NCBI RefSeq assembly: GCF_036321535.1
Contig: NC_087437.1
Span: 63,738,001 to 63,802,000 of the forward strand
From: Camelus dromedarius
Taxonomy: Eukaryota
Length of the DNA: 64,000 nucleotides
Direction of reading: 5' to 3'
Of the stretch, positions 14,041 through 26,045 are shown one piece after another. The position numbers and the translations under genes are program-made. Position 1 is the stretch's first letter. Each line of letters opens with the position of its first letter. The notes beneath the pieces were generated by a model. That model was not told where the DNA came from. It saw nothing but the letters and a program-made list of their open reading frames with translations, and did not search any database.

Positions 14041-16166
14041 CTCACTGATCTTACTGGTTTTAACTCATTACATTCTACCCCTACTTTGTGTTATTGGATA
14101 ATTATCTGCATATTAGATCAACTTGATCTCTGACTTTACCCAAGCCCCTTAATAACATGTTGTACTTCCTGCTGACCTGAAGCTATCATTTGTACAAAAC
14201 AGTCATTTCCCCCATCCTTAGTCTTTTTAAAATTATGACATGGTCTTCACAGCTGGATTCTAGGAACAGACATGTTTTCATATGCATCCTGAGTCTGAGT
14301 TGTTATGGCTCTTTTGGTTAAAGTCTAACAAGCGGGTATGTGAATCAGATAACCTCTAGGCTGGATCAGAGTGAGAGGCTGGGGGTTTGTTTGCTTTTCC
14401 CCTGTTTATTTGAAGGCTTCTAAGACTACTTAGAAACTAATATCAGGTATCAAAAAGCAGAGAACTGATTAGGATTGAATTGTTTTGTTCCACAAATATC
14501 TGTTGAGCTCCTACTTGTGAAAAGCACAAAGTGCTTTGGGGAATCAAAAGATGAATAAAACACGCTCCCTGCTTTCAAGACGATTATAATGCAAAATATT
14601 AGAAGAACTTCCTATTATAACACAAAGATCTTTAAGGAAGGCTTCAGCCCATAGGTGTAAAAACATATCTCCTTAATATGAAGAGGATTACAAAATACAT
14701 CAAAAGGCAACGTGTGCTCTGAAATTATATTTCAGTATAGATGGGTTTTAAGGATTTGGGGACAGACTGAAAAATGACACATGAATGCTTTAGAAGGCCT
14801 TAGCTTTTGCTTTACTTGGGCTAATATAAGAGCACCAGGAAAACAAAAAGTACTCTTGCCCTTGACAGTATAAAATTCTTCTTATTTTTAGAGAGTAGTA
14901 ACTATGGATTTATGAAATTCTTTGTCAGAGCAATTTAGTTAATAGATATGTAAATGACTACTTACTTCATTGTGTAGGTGGATCACTCCATGTACACTTT
15001 CTGAGGAAGAATATAAGTGTTAAATTAACATTGCAAATGCAGAGAAGCAAAAGTTCAGGTTAGAATGCCTTACCTTTGTTATGTTAGATGTTAGGAGTAA
15101 GACAGAGAAGATCCATCTTGTAACTGAAATTTGTTCAGTTTGCTCAGTGGAATTTCTTATTCACAGCCAACTCTCTAAGTGCCCTTTTTGGATGTGAGAA
15201 AATATAAGTAAAGTGGGGTGCAAGGTTGTTTCTCATTTATTGGTTTTCAAGCCCCTGGGGTCATCATAAACCCAGCTGGGGTGGGATGAGGAGGGGGTGC
15301 TGAAAGTTAATACCACAGTAATAAATTTTCATGCAAGATTTGCAGTCTAAGGCATCTTGTGAGAACATCCTCCCAAAAAATAATACTTAAGGAGCTTTTT
15401 TTTTTTAAGTATATTGTTTTTTCAGTATGAAAACAACTTCAGAAGAGGTTGGGAATTCCAAAGCTCTTGTGGCTGTAACCAGCTCCTGTGATCAGCATGG
15501 AAGCTTCTCTAATCCTTGAGTTAAACCAGACCTCATCTAGGGGAAGAAGTCACTGATGGGAGAATAAATGGGCCCTGCCTCATAGATGGTCTCCAGCTTC
15601 CCTCATGAATTCATTTTACCCCGAGAAGTAGCTTCATCTTCAGTTGTGTTTTAATCACTGTATTGCCCTTCTTTGAAATTTCCTCTAACTTGTCATGCAA
15701 AGCAAATTAAAATCCCTGTTAATGGAAACCAAGCTTTCCACCCATTCACCCTTCTGCCTTCTTATCCAGCTGTTCTTGGCTCCCACTAACGTCAGCTCAC
15801 ATTCTCCACATCAGGCCAGCAAATGAACATGCAGAAACTCACTCATCGTGTGTGTTTCTTCCTGTGGGCGACAGCTCGTATAATTCCCCCTTCCCACCTT
15901 CCTCATCGGTAAGCTGAGTTCCTTCTCACTTGCCCCATCACTAGGTTCTACACAGTTGTTGTCATAGGCATGTGTATGTCCCTTTCTGTGGCAGGCTGTT
16001 TCTGGGCTGTGCTGCGGCCACTGAGGACAGAGACCAGGGGCTGTGTCGACTTATTCAACCCAGCAGCTCTGCAAGGGGGCAGGGGCTGGGCTGCCCACAT
16101 TGTGACTGCTTCTTTGTTAAGATGCTTTATGTGTTTGCTTTTGCTTTTGTTTTCCTTTTCCTTCAG

Positions 16167-16288
16167 GTACAGAGTGAAGACAGTGTCCTGCTGTTTGTCA
16201 TTGCCTGGACAGTCACAGAAATTATCCGTTACTCCTTTTATACGTTCAGTCTGTTAAACCATCTGCCTTACCTCATCAAATGGGCCAG
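16167..16288 (+). CDS. HACD2: HACD2 internal coding exon (third from last; exon 5 in human numbering), 122 nt: [40 protein letters not shown](R)
   Basis: Long pyrimidine tract + cttcag acceptor and AG|gtaaag donor; PTPLA/HACD-family motif WTxTEIIRY; phase matches the next exon. Confidence 0.97.
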
Positions 16289-17703
16289 GTAAAGAAGTAC
16301 ACAGATGAAGGCTAACTTTTGAAATGACCTATCACTGTATTTTTCCTTTATTGCCTAAGTATTATTTTTGTTTTTAAAAATAAAATTGTGTGAGACACGG
16401 GTTGGGTAGAAATCTGGTCTGTAGATTTCATCAGGATAAGGGACTCTACATAATTTTGATTAATGGAAACACTTAAATTTTTTATCTCTACTTATTTCTT
16501 TGGGATCAGTTCTTTTCAATTAAATTATTCAATAGCAATTTGATATTCCATCCCTTTTTTGTCCATATAAAATTTTACTGATGAGTTTCTGCCATTATGA
16601 TAGTTTTTGGACCAAGTCGGTTCTCGTGTCAATTTTGCCAACAAGATAACTCTTAAATTAATTTTTAATTAATAACAGATATTACATGTTAGTTTTAGCA
16701 TATTACCAGTTTATTTTGCTGTGATTATTTTTAGCAGTAATATGTGTTATGGATTGGGTAAAAGGCTGTTAGTTTTCATCTGTTTATCTGAACTAATCTG
16801 TGAGACAGTTGTGAGCAATTTTCCTCTTTGGGAAAGACTACAGGAAGGACTGACAAAGCCAAAGGATCAAAATTGTCCTTGGGGCCAAAGTGCTTCATTT
16901 CAAAAAAGGAAAATGGTAGCTCCTAAACAATTTATGAGTTTAATGTTTAAATAGAGACATAAACCAAATGTTTCCAACATTTCAAGCATGTGAACTTCTC
17001 TTTTTTTTTTTTGCAGTAAACATTTGTATTAGGAAAAGGGGAGAATGGGAAAAAACAGCAATTCCTAACCACACTGGGCAGGCTGGTGAAAGCTTTCTAT
17101 CCTTGTTTCTATCCTCGTTTAAATTAGCATTTATTTTATTTTTCACAGTAGCAAATACAGACATTTGGAAAATTGTAGCACTGCACATACGTTGGATGTG
17201 CCAATTTTTTTCAGTCCACAGACCCAACTTGGTGTACGTCATAGGGGTTCCTCAACATTGTGTTCCAGTACCTTCCCCCCAGCAAGTCCACCCCTACCCC
17301 ACAGGGCAGGACCCTTCAGTGTAAACCATGGCTCAGTGCCCCTACTATACCAATATTTGGCATCATCTTAGTTATTTTAAGTTGTTTTGAAGAGTTACTT
17401 TTTCAGTCAGACCAAATTTTGAGGCTGGCCAAACACATTTATTTTATTTTAGGACATTCAGAAACAAACCTGTTTTGGCCCTTTTCAAAAACTAGCTCTT
17501 AAAACCTGAATTTAAGCAGTGGGTAAACAGGAAAATGTATAAGCAATAGCTTTCTACAAGACCAGTACTGATTAGCGGGGTGGGGTGAGTCTCTCTTACT
17601 AAAGCTGGTCTATGGCCATACCGCCTGGAACGCGCTCCACCTCGTCTTATCTCTACCAAAGCTGGCTTCGAACCTCAGTAACGAATGTTTTGTTTTGTTT
17701 TAG

Positions 17704-17882
17704 GTACACCCTTTTCATCGTGCTGTACCCAATGGGAGTGTCAGGAGAACTGCTCACAATATATGCCGCCTTGCCCTTTGTTAGACAGGCTGGCCTGTAC
17801 TCCATCAGTTTACCTAACAAGTACAATTTCTCCTTTGACTACTATGCATTCCTAATTCTGATAATGATCTCCTACATTCCAA
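17704..17882 (+). CDS. HACD2: HACD2 penultimate exon, 179 nt: (R)[59 protein letters not shown](I)
   Basis: ttttag acceptor and A|gtaagt donor. Contains the catalytic Tyr and Glu of the HACD/Phs1 family (LYPxGxxGE) and an NFS sequon; frame is continuous with both neighbours. Confidence 0.97.
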
Positions 17883-20800
17883 GTAAGTAAACAGTTATGC
17901 ATATATTTATTTATGTTTTAAAAATTGGCTCTACAGTAACTAGAGTTAAAATGCCTTTGGTTGTTTTTTACACCATAAATCTAGTTTATTGGGAACGCTT
18001 TGGTTTTTGTTGAATGCTGACTATCAGAGGGAATTTTCTCTGGTGGTAATTGAATAAAGATGAACCCTTCTCAGTAAAGCTGCCAAAATGCAGCCCTTCT
18101 CAGTGTGTGGGTTTGAAACAGTGAGTGCCAGGATAGGTTAACTATCTAATGGAGCAAAGTACTGAGAGGAAAGCAAAAAAAGCCATTAAAGACCTCACCT
18201 TGACTTCTGTCTCTTGAGAACAGCTTGTTACGGTATTTGAAAAACACTATAAAGAGATTTTCACATTTTTACTATATCAAAATAGTTACTTCACTTCTAA
18301 GGAATCAGTAGTTAGCTAGAAACAACAAAGCGAAAATAGATTAATTTATTTTTTTCTATATTTCTTATTTTCTTGTTTGGAAATAAGCACTTAAAACCAT
18401 CTGAGCAGGGACACAGTGTTCTCTTCAGGATGGTTTCCAGTTATTTTAATAGTGCTACTGAAGGTTTAAATATATGGATAATCAAAGGTGCCTATCAATA
18501 TCCTCCATAACAGAGAGAAAAAGCCACATTTGAGGCTTCTGTGAAGTGAGTCCTGTTTGCTGAGGAAGAGTTGTTTATTCCTTTTCTCGAATTCTGACAT
18601 CCGGTTGCAGTCCTACGATTTATTTGCACACGTGCAAAAGGATCTTGTTCTACCCGAGGATGTGTAAAGTTAATGTTTCTTCTCATTTAGCCACTTCCAT
18701 AGGCATTGTGACTCTCAATCTTATTTTAGTCTATAAGATGCTATATTCTCCCCTAAACCTCAGGTTAAATTCAGACTGGAGGGTTGGATTTTTCTTCAGC
18801 CCACAGCATTAGCTGAATGAATCATCCTAACAGCCATAGATGACATGTTTGTGTCCCCCTGTGGAAAATTGCATTTCATGCATTTTGAGAAAAAAACTAC
18901 ATCCAGATTTCACATGAACATTTATCTTGGAGAAGCTCTTGAATGCTGTTCTGCTTTATGGTTCATTTTCCACTCTTAATTTGTGATCAGGTCCTCCTCT
19001 CTGGTGCTGGAACCATGGTGGCTAAAGGCCATCTCTCTTCAAATGTAAAAGGTAGTTGATTTTCAAACAAACGATAAATATGGAAGAGTGTAAAAATTTA
19101 AGTAGTAAAAACTAACTTAGAGCTTTTCACCTTTCTAATTTTGTTTCCCTGGAGTTTTATTTTTCAGTCTCAAGAGTGACAAAGTTGCAGTGTTGCCTCA
19201 TCCAGAGTAACAAATATTATCCCCACAGGGCATCATGAGATCTATTTAGATTCAACATAAGTCTTTGAATGAACAGGGGATAGATGCTGTATTGTGTGAC
19301 TGGGAAAGGGACAAGGAGAATATCATGAAGTCAAACCAGTAGCAAGGTGCTGCCACACTGACAGAAGTCCGGGGCCCCCACCTCAGAGTTGCTGCAAGAT
19401 TTCTGGTCTATTGAAGAAGGAGGGGCTTTATTCCAGGAACAGTTCTCCAGGGCAATCTGAGGCTGTCTGCACCTCCTAGTCTTCTTTGGGCTCTGGTTGC
19501 CAACCGGCACCCAGCCTTCCGCCTCCGCCTGCTGGCCTCTCAGTGTGGGGAAGGCGCCTAGCCAGGCACAGGCTGCCCTCCCTGATGCTAGGATCCCCAG
19601 TTCTCTGGGATTTTCCTTCACTGCCTTCAAAGAGAGAAAACACAGATGTCAGGGCCAGCTGTCCGACAGAGTAGGGCAGCCCTCTCCTCTCAACAGACAT
19701 CTGCTTTCTTTACCTCAGTCCTGCCCCCCTCGTCAGCCTCCTTTTTGCTAAGAGGACTTGGTTTGGTTAAAGCCTGTATCCTTTCTATTTTCAGGAAGCT
19801 TAAGTCTTATAAAACAAGAAAAGGGGTTCATTTCAAGGACAGGGACTAAAAGGTTCCTTCCAAATCCCTAACTCCCCGCCCAGGCTCAAGATGGCATCGC
19901 AGACCGCACCCTCTGCTACACGTCGTTTGTGTCTGCTGGCACTCACTGTGCTCTGGCCTGAGCTGGTGGCCCTGCGTGTTTTCAGTAGTTTAGGTTGTTG
20001 ATACTGAAACCAGTTTGTACGTTCATTCCAGCCAACTGCACATTTCCAACTTTCCAAAACTTTGTATTTATAGGAAGAAAATGCAGAGTTAGGAGAGATT
20101 GCTGTTGACATGCAGTCTTCTTTACCAAATTTGGTTTCATTTCTACAACTTAAGTTTCTCTTAACCTTCTTTAGTGGGAAGTTGATGGTGTACATGTCTG
20201 ACATAAAGCAGCACGTCCCCTCTGTGGCCTGCCCTTGTGTTGCACTGTTGCACGTGTGGCCCATGTTGCGTCTGGCCCTTGAGCTGCAGCCCTGGGAGTT
20301 TTCTCATAATGGGTGCTTTGGAGTCCCTTGCAAGGTGCTCCCCTCCTGCTCTGCTGCGGTTGTACTATGAGTATGTATGGTATGAGCAGGGCTCAGTAGG
20401 CATCTAAGTCCTGTTTACACCCTCCCCGTCCCCCTATCCCCACAAATTGGTGAAAGTTAGCTATAGAGGTGGGGGTTAAAAGAAAAGGCTGAGAAATGAG
20501 AAACATTGATGTAGGGTGAGGGAACTGTCCAGGATGTCAGTAACCATAACCACACCTCTGATTTTTAGAGAAACAGAAGAAACTCATCCCAGGCAGAGCA
20601 TTTCAGGTTGCTCTGAGCTTCAAGTCTTCCTCTGCCTAGAGAGCAAGAGAACCCATCTCCTTACAGGCTCCAGGACATGCACACATGCACAACCACCACC
20701 TCCATCCTGCATGTCCTGAGCTGCAAGAGCAGAGGGAAGAATTCCAAATAGCCTGTTTTCAGGTGGAGATTTTCATTGTAGTTAAAAGTAGTAGCCATGC

Positions 20801-21790
20801 ATCTGAAATTGTTTCAGCCACTGTGGTTAGATTCAGTGTGAACATGTGGGTAATTGAGATGGAGACAGTGTCACCCAAGTTCTGGTCACCAGGAAGTCAC
20901 TACTGGAGCAGTAGAGAACTCCAGCCCAAGTGCCCCCGTTCTCCTGCCCCCCCCCCCATGTCCCTTTCTCTTGGGCACTAAGAAACCTATGCAAGATACA
21001 AAGTGATGAAAGGCCAAACCTGGCCTCCATTTCTGAACCCTGACCCTTGGGAGCCAGCAAGCCCTTGCCTACAGGATGAGGGTATGTTTGGCCATCTTGC
21101 TGCCACTGAGGCCCTAATGAATGGCTTCTGAGTCACTGTCCTCGCTCAGACCCTATGAGGCCTTAGCCGCCTGTTATGAGGCTGTAGTCACAAATGCAAC
21201 CAGCAGGAAAGTCCTCAGTGTACTTTGCCACAAAGTTGCCCTTTACTAAAGTGTACCTATAGATACGTGACTGGCCCCACATTTTTAAATGATTACAATT
21301 AGCATTCCTTATGGTTTAATTATATCTTTGCTTCCAGTTTTTAGATTATAGAACTTGTCAAATTTTCTGGCTTTCATACCAAAATAGTTCTCTCACTGTT
21401 GAATTTTATGCACAAGCTGGGTCTTTTCTGTGAATAACTTCCTGCCTGTAAATAGTGAGTGGTGTGGATGGCTCCGCACCGAGGCCGCCTGTGCAGTTTA
21501 TCAAATCTGTGTGCACACACCCACTGATGGCTTGGAGTACTTTGGAAGGATCATTTGAAATTTGGCCAACTTGGAACCCGTTTAAAAAGGAAGAAACTGT
21601 CAGAGGAGAGTTGGCTGTAGTAGAAATTACCTCCCCCAAAACACAGGTTACAGTCGAAAAGAAATAGAGATCAGTGCTGTTGGGAAGGGAAGGAAGGATA
21701 GTGTACACCCAAGACCATCTCGCTGGAGTTTTTTACATGGTTCTTGAACCCCCAGTTTATAGTAACCCTGTGAAGGTCAGGTAGCTTAAA

Positions 21791-21994
21791 CTGGCATTTC
21801 CCTAGCAGGGACACTGTAGGCATTTGGGGTGGGACCATTCTTAGTCCTGGGGGACTGCCACACATTGTGGATTTTGGCATTCCTGGCCCTGTGTGCTAAA
21901 TGCCAGTAATCTCCTCCCTCCCATACTCTCCTCCGCCCCCATTTCCAAATACTCCCTACGGAGGCAGTACCACCCTGTTCATTTGAGAACCAGT
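21791..21994 (-). mobile_element. MER20-like hAT-Charlie element
   Basis: accattcttagtcctgggggactgccacacattgtgg...cattcctggcc...ctaaatgccagta...ttgagaaccagt resembles the reverse complement of MER20. Confidence 0.7.
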
Positions 21995-22016
21995 CCTTTT
22001 TAAAGTCATCTAAACC

Positions 22017-22198
22017 CAGGGAACTATATTCAATACCTTGTAATAGGCTATAATGAAAAAGAATATGAAAAGGAATACATATGTTGTAACTGAGTCACTA
22101 TGCTGTATACCAGAAATTACCGCATTGTTAACCAACTATACTTCAATAAAATAAAGTTTTATTATAAATGGGAAAACAAAAACAAAAAAACCAAAATT
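22017..22198 (+). mobile_element. Short 5'-truncated L1 3' end with degenerate A-rich tail
   Basis: cagggaactatattcaataccttgtaata...aactgagtcactatgctgtataccagaa...aactatacttcaataaaataaa. Confidence 0.85.
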
Positions 22199-22213
22199 AA
22201 AACTGAGTAAGCT

Positions 22214-25200
22214 TAGGGAGGAGAAGCAAGATGGCGGAGTAGAAGGACGCTTGCAGCTCACCCTTTCCCACAAGTACACCAAAACTCACATCTACAGACC
22301 TATTCAGCCAACCAGAGCACCTGCCGAACTCCAACAGAACATTGCCCTCTTCAAAAGACAAAGACACCAAAAATCTGGTAGGAAAAAAGAAAGAAGAAAA
22401 AGCAAAACAATGTGGGACCGGTCCCGTGGGGAGAGAGCGGCAAAGGAGGACTGGCGCTCATTCGCTGGGGCTCCCCCCTCCAAAGGAAAGGCCAGCGGAA
22501 CAGAGGGGGAGCCTCTGAGGCTCAGATCTGCCCCGAGCACCCCCTTGACCGACAGAACTGAGTTAAACAGGCACAAAGGGTCCCCGTGACACCCAGCCTG
22601 AGATGCAAGCTGGCAGCTGGGGCTGGGACAGGCGACCCGGGCTGGGCGGAAGACGGGGGTAGCTGCACTGAGGCAGCCCCGGGGGACTGCAGGGGGCTGC
22701 GCACCGTGGCTGGGAGGGGATACAGAGCAGAACAACCTCGGTCCCCCATAAACTGCAAAAAAAGCAAAGCAACACGGCTGGTGTGCTGGGGTAGGGGGGG
22801 CGTAGCCTTTGTCGCCTCAGACCTGTGCCACCATTACTGGCGCTTCTCACAAGAAGCGAGGCAGGGCGCAGCCACAGCCGCTATCTCCCCCGTGCGCAGC
22901 ACCCGCCCGGGCAGGGGTGGGGCCAGGCCTGAATCCGTGCCCAGGGGCTCCACAGCTCCTAGGCAGGACTGAGACTTGTTTACAGCCTGAGGCAGATAGG
23001 ATCTTTCTGCCCTGGCACCTCAGAGAACTCCTGTGGCCAAGACAAACAAGGAGCTGAGATTTGGCACGGAGCAGAGGCGGGGCCGTTCCGCGGTCTTCCC
23101 CGAGCCCGCCTTCGGGGCACCGACCCAAGGCGGAGCTACCGGTGCCTGGAGAGGGCGGGTGGTCACCCGCCTTCCTGGCAGGAATGCAGCACCTGACCAC
23201 AGTGCTGGGAGGGGGCGCGATCTGCCCACCTGCCTCCCCCGAGTGCAGCATCTGACTGCGGCATCAGAAAGGGGAGTGGCCCGCCCCCCCGCCCACTGGG
23301 TAAGAGCTCAGCACCTGACCCAGTGTTGGGAGGGGGCGCAATCTGCTAGCCGACAGCCACTGGGACCAGCACAGAAGAGGGCGCCAACAGAGGGCCTCTG
23401 GAAACAGCAAGCTGAGTTTGCCAAACAGGGCGAAGACACAAAGACCTCTCCATAAAAATCATTAAGAGCACACCATCTCCAGGAGAACTAGATAACTGAT
23501 ACTCCTTAAGCCACAGTGCCAGAGAGATAAGAGCAATATGAAGAAGCAGAGGAACCACTCCCAATTAAAAGAGCAAGAGAAATCCCCTGAAAGCACGATC
23601 AAGGAAACAGACATTGATGGCCTACTTAGATCAAGATTTCAAAAAAGGACTGATCAGAGTACTGAAGGAACTAAAAGAAATAGTGTTTAGAGATATAAAG
23701 TATGTCAAAAATGAAATAGAAACTATAAAGAAGAACCAAGTAGAATTAGTAAACTCATTTGCTGAGATGAGAGCTGACCTAAAGGCTGTACAAAGCAGGC
23801 TAGATAATGCAGAGGAATGAATAGGTGACCTAGAAGACAGGACAACAGAAAGCACCCAATCAGAACAGCTGAGAGAAAAACAAATAAAAACAATGAAAAC
23901 AATATAAGGGACCTATAGGATAGTATAAAGCATGCCAATCTACACATAATAAGGGCTCCAGAAGGGGAAGAAAGAACAAAGGGGATTGAAAAGGTATTTG
24001 AAGAAATCATGACTGAAAACTTCTCAAACCTAAAGAAGGAATCAGATATCCAAGTACAGGAGGCTCGGAGGGTCCCAAACAGGAAGAACCCAAACAGACC
24101 CACACCAAGACATATCATCATCAAGATGGTCAGAGTCAAGGATAAAGAAATGATCCTAAAGGCAGCAAGAGAAAAACAAAGAGTGAGTTACAAGGGAAGC
24201 CCCATAAGGCTCTCAGCTGATTTCTCTACACAAACACTATAGGCCAGAAGGGAGTGGCAAGATATATTCAAAGTCCTGAATGAAGAAAAGATGCAGCCTA
24301 GGATATTCAATCCAGCAAGGGTATCCTTTAGAATAGAAGGAGAGAGAAAGAACTTCAGAGACAAGCAAAAACTGAAAGAGTTTAGCAACACTAAACCCAC
24401 GCTAAAAGGAGTATTGACAGGTCTACTCTAAATAGAAAAGAAGCAGGATGCTACAAAAATGAGAAACTCATAACTGGAAAGGAGATAACTACCATGAATT
24501 ACAAATAGGATAAACACAAAATTTTAAAAGAAGACATCTAAATCATTAAGAGTGGGAGAGGGAAGCAAGGAAAGCCACTGTGGAAGACAGTATGGAGATT
24601 CCTCAAAAGACTAGGAATAGACTTATGATAGGACCCAGGAATCCCACTCCTGGGCATATATCCAGAAGGAACCCTACTTCAAAATGACACCTGCACCTGA
24701 ATGTTCATAGCAGCACTATTTACAATAGCCAAGACATGGAAGCAGCCTAGATGTCCATCAACAGATGACTGGATAAAGAAGGTGTGATATATTTATACAA
24801 TGGAATACTACTCAGCCACAAAACCCGACAACATAACGCCATTTGCAGCAACATGGATGTTACTGGAGAATGTCATTCTGAGTGAAGTGAGCCAGAGAGA
24901 GAGAAAAATGCCATGTGAGATCGCTCATATGAGGAAGCTAAAAAGTAAATAAATAAATAAATACAAAACAGAAACAGACTCATAGACATAGAGTACAAGC
25001 TTGTGGTTGCCAGGGGTGGCGGGGGGTGGGAAGGGATAGACTGGGATTTTAAAATGCAGAATAGATAAACAAGATTGTACTGTATAGCACAGGGAAATAT
25101 ATGCAGGATCTTGTGGTAGCTCACAGTGAAAAAAAAATTTGACAATGAATATATGTATGTTCATGTATAACTGAAAAATTGTGCTCTACACTGGAATTTG

Positions 25201-25248
25201 ACACAACATTGTAAAATGATTATAACTCAATAAAAAAAATGTTTATAA
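22214..25248 (+). mobile_element. LINE-1 derivative with intact 5' UTR, decayed ORF1 and internal loss of most of ORF2 (HAL1-like), 3035 bp
   Basis: TSD aaaactgagtaagct at 22199-22213 and 25249-25263 at a TT/AAAA site; YY1 motif caagatggcg at 22227-22236; ORF1 remnant 23538-24431; ORF2 C-terminal remnant from ~24575; AATAAA at 25229. Confidence 0.95.
23538..24431 (+). pseudogene. L1 ORF1 (RNA-binding protein) remnant
   Basis: MKKQRNHSQLKEQE...ENF...PTPRHIIIKM...ILKAAREK...PIRLSADFS...ARREW...GLL*. Disrupted by frameshifts near 23627 and 23890 and stops at 23818, 23916 and 24240. Confidence 0.93.
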
Positions 25249-25504
25249 AAAACTGAGTAAGCTATGAAATGCCTACTAAAGGATTATTTTAGCTTAAAAA
25301 AAAAAGTAATCTATGAAATGACCAAGAACAGACTCTCCAGACGTTAAGGGCTTACTTTTTACTCACATTTTTACATCCAGAGGTGTTTAGGTGTGTAGTA
25401 CTCCTTCCCCTCCTCAGTCTTTCCAAAGTACAGCCTTTCTTGGGAATTACTTTTTGGAAAGCCTCCCTATTCCAAGACTAAGAGGGTGACAGAGAGGGCA
25501 AGAC

Positions 25505-25670
25505 AGAGTCAGGAGCCACGAACCTGGTCCTGCCTGTCAGTGATTTGCTGTGAGACCCCAGGCAAGTGCCTACCGTCTCTGGGACTTGAGTTCCTCCTCT
25601 ATGAAAGGGAATAATAACTCCGTCACTAGAATTCTTCACCTCGTTGTTGTGAAATCAAAATAAATGTGAA
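25505..25670 (+). mobile_element. MIR SINE
   Basis: tttgctgtgagaccccaggcaagtg...tctctgggacttgagttcctcctctatgaaaggga core-like sequence. Confidence 0.65.
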
Positions 25671-25962
25671 GGCGACGATGTGAGAGGGTATGAGTATTAT
25701 CTGCTGGCCCTGTGGCCTCTTGGTTGGTACCGATAGTGTCAGTAGTGCCTGTCATTCTAATCCACACTGTGCTTCCCCCTCGGCCAAAGTAGGGAAAGTA
25801 AATCTGTGCTTTTCCTCTCTTCCCAGGCCCACCTTGTCACTGTCCTTAGTTGCTGGATGAGGAAGGAGTCAGAGACTCAGAGAAGCCCTCAAATCCAAGC
25901 ACCTTACACAGAACTTGCGATTTTAAATCATCTCCTTAACCTTTTCTTTCTTTTCTTTCCAG

Positions 25963-26045
25963 TTTTTCCCCAGTTATACTACCACATGATACACCAGAGA
26001 AGAAAGATCCTTTCTCATACTGAAGAACACAAGAAATTTGAATAG
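25963..26045 (+). CDS. HACD2: HACD2 last coding exon: (I)[26 protein letters not shown]
   Basis: Branch-like ccttaac, pyrimidine tract and ttccag acceptor; phase-1 join gives ATT; HM..QRRK family motif; C-terminal KKxx ER-retrieval signal; TAG stop. Confidence 0.97.

Noticed and set aside
15972..16166. ORF-track N-terminal extensions of the HACD2 exons (also 17612-17703 and 25806-25962)
   Set aside because: Intronic sequence upstream of clear splice acceptors
22251..23455. Many overlapping ORFs on both strands
   Set aside because: GC-rich L1 5' UTR is stop-poor; no evidence for a true antisense (ORF0-like) product
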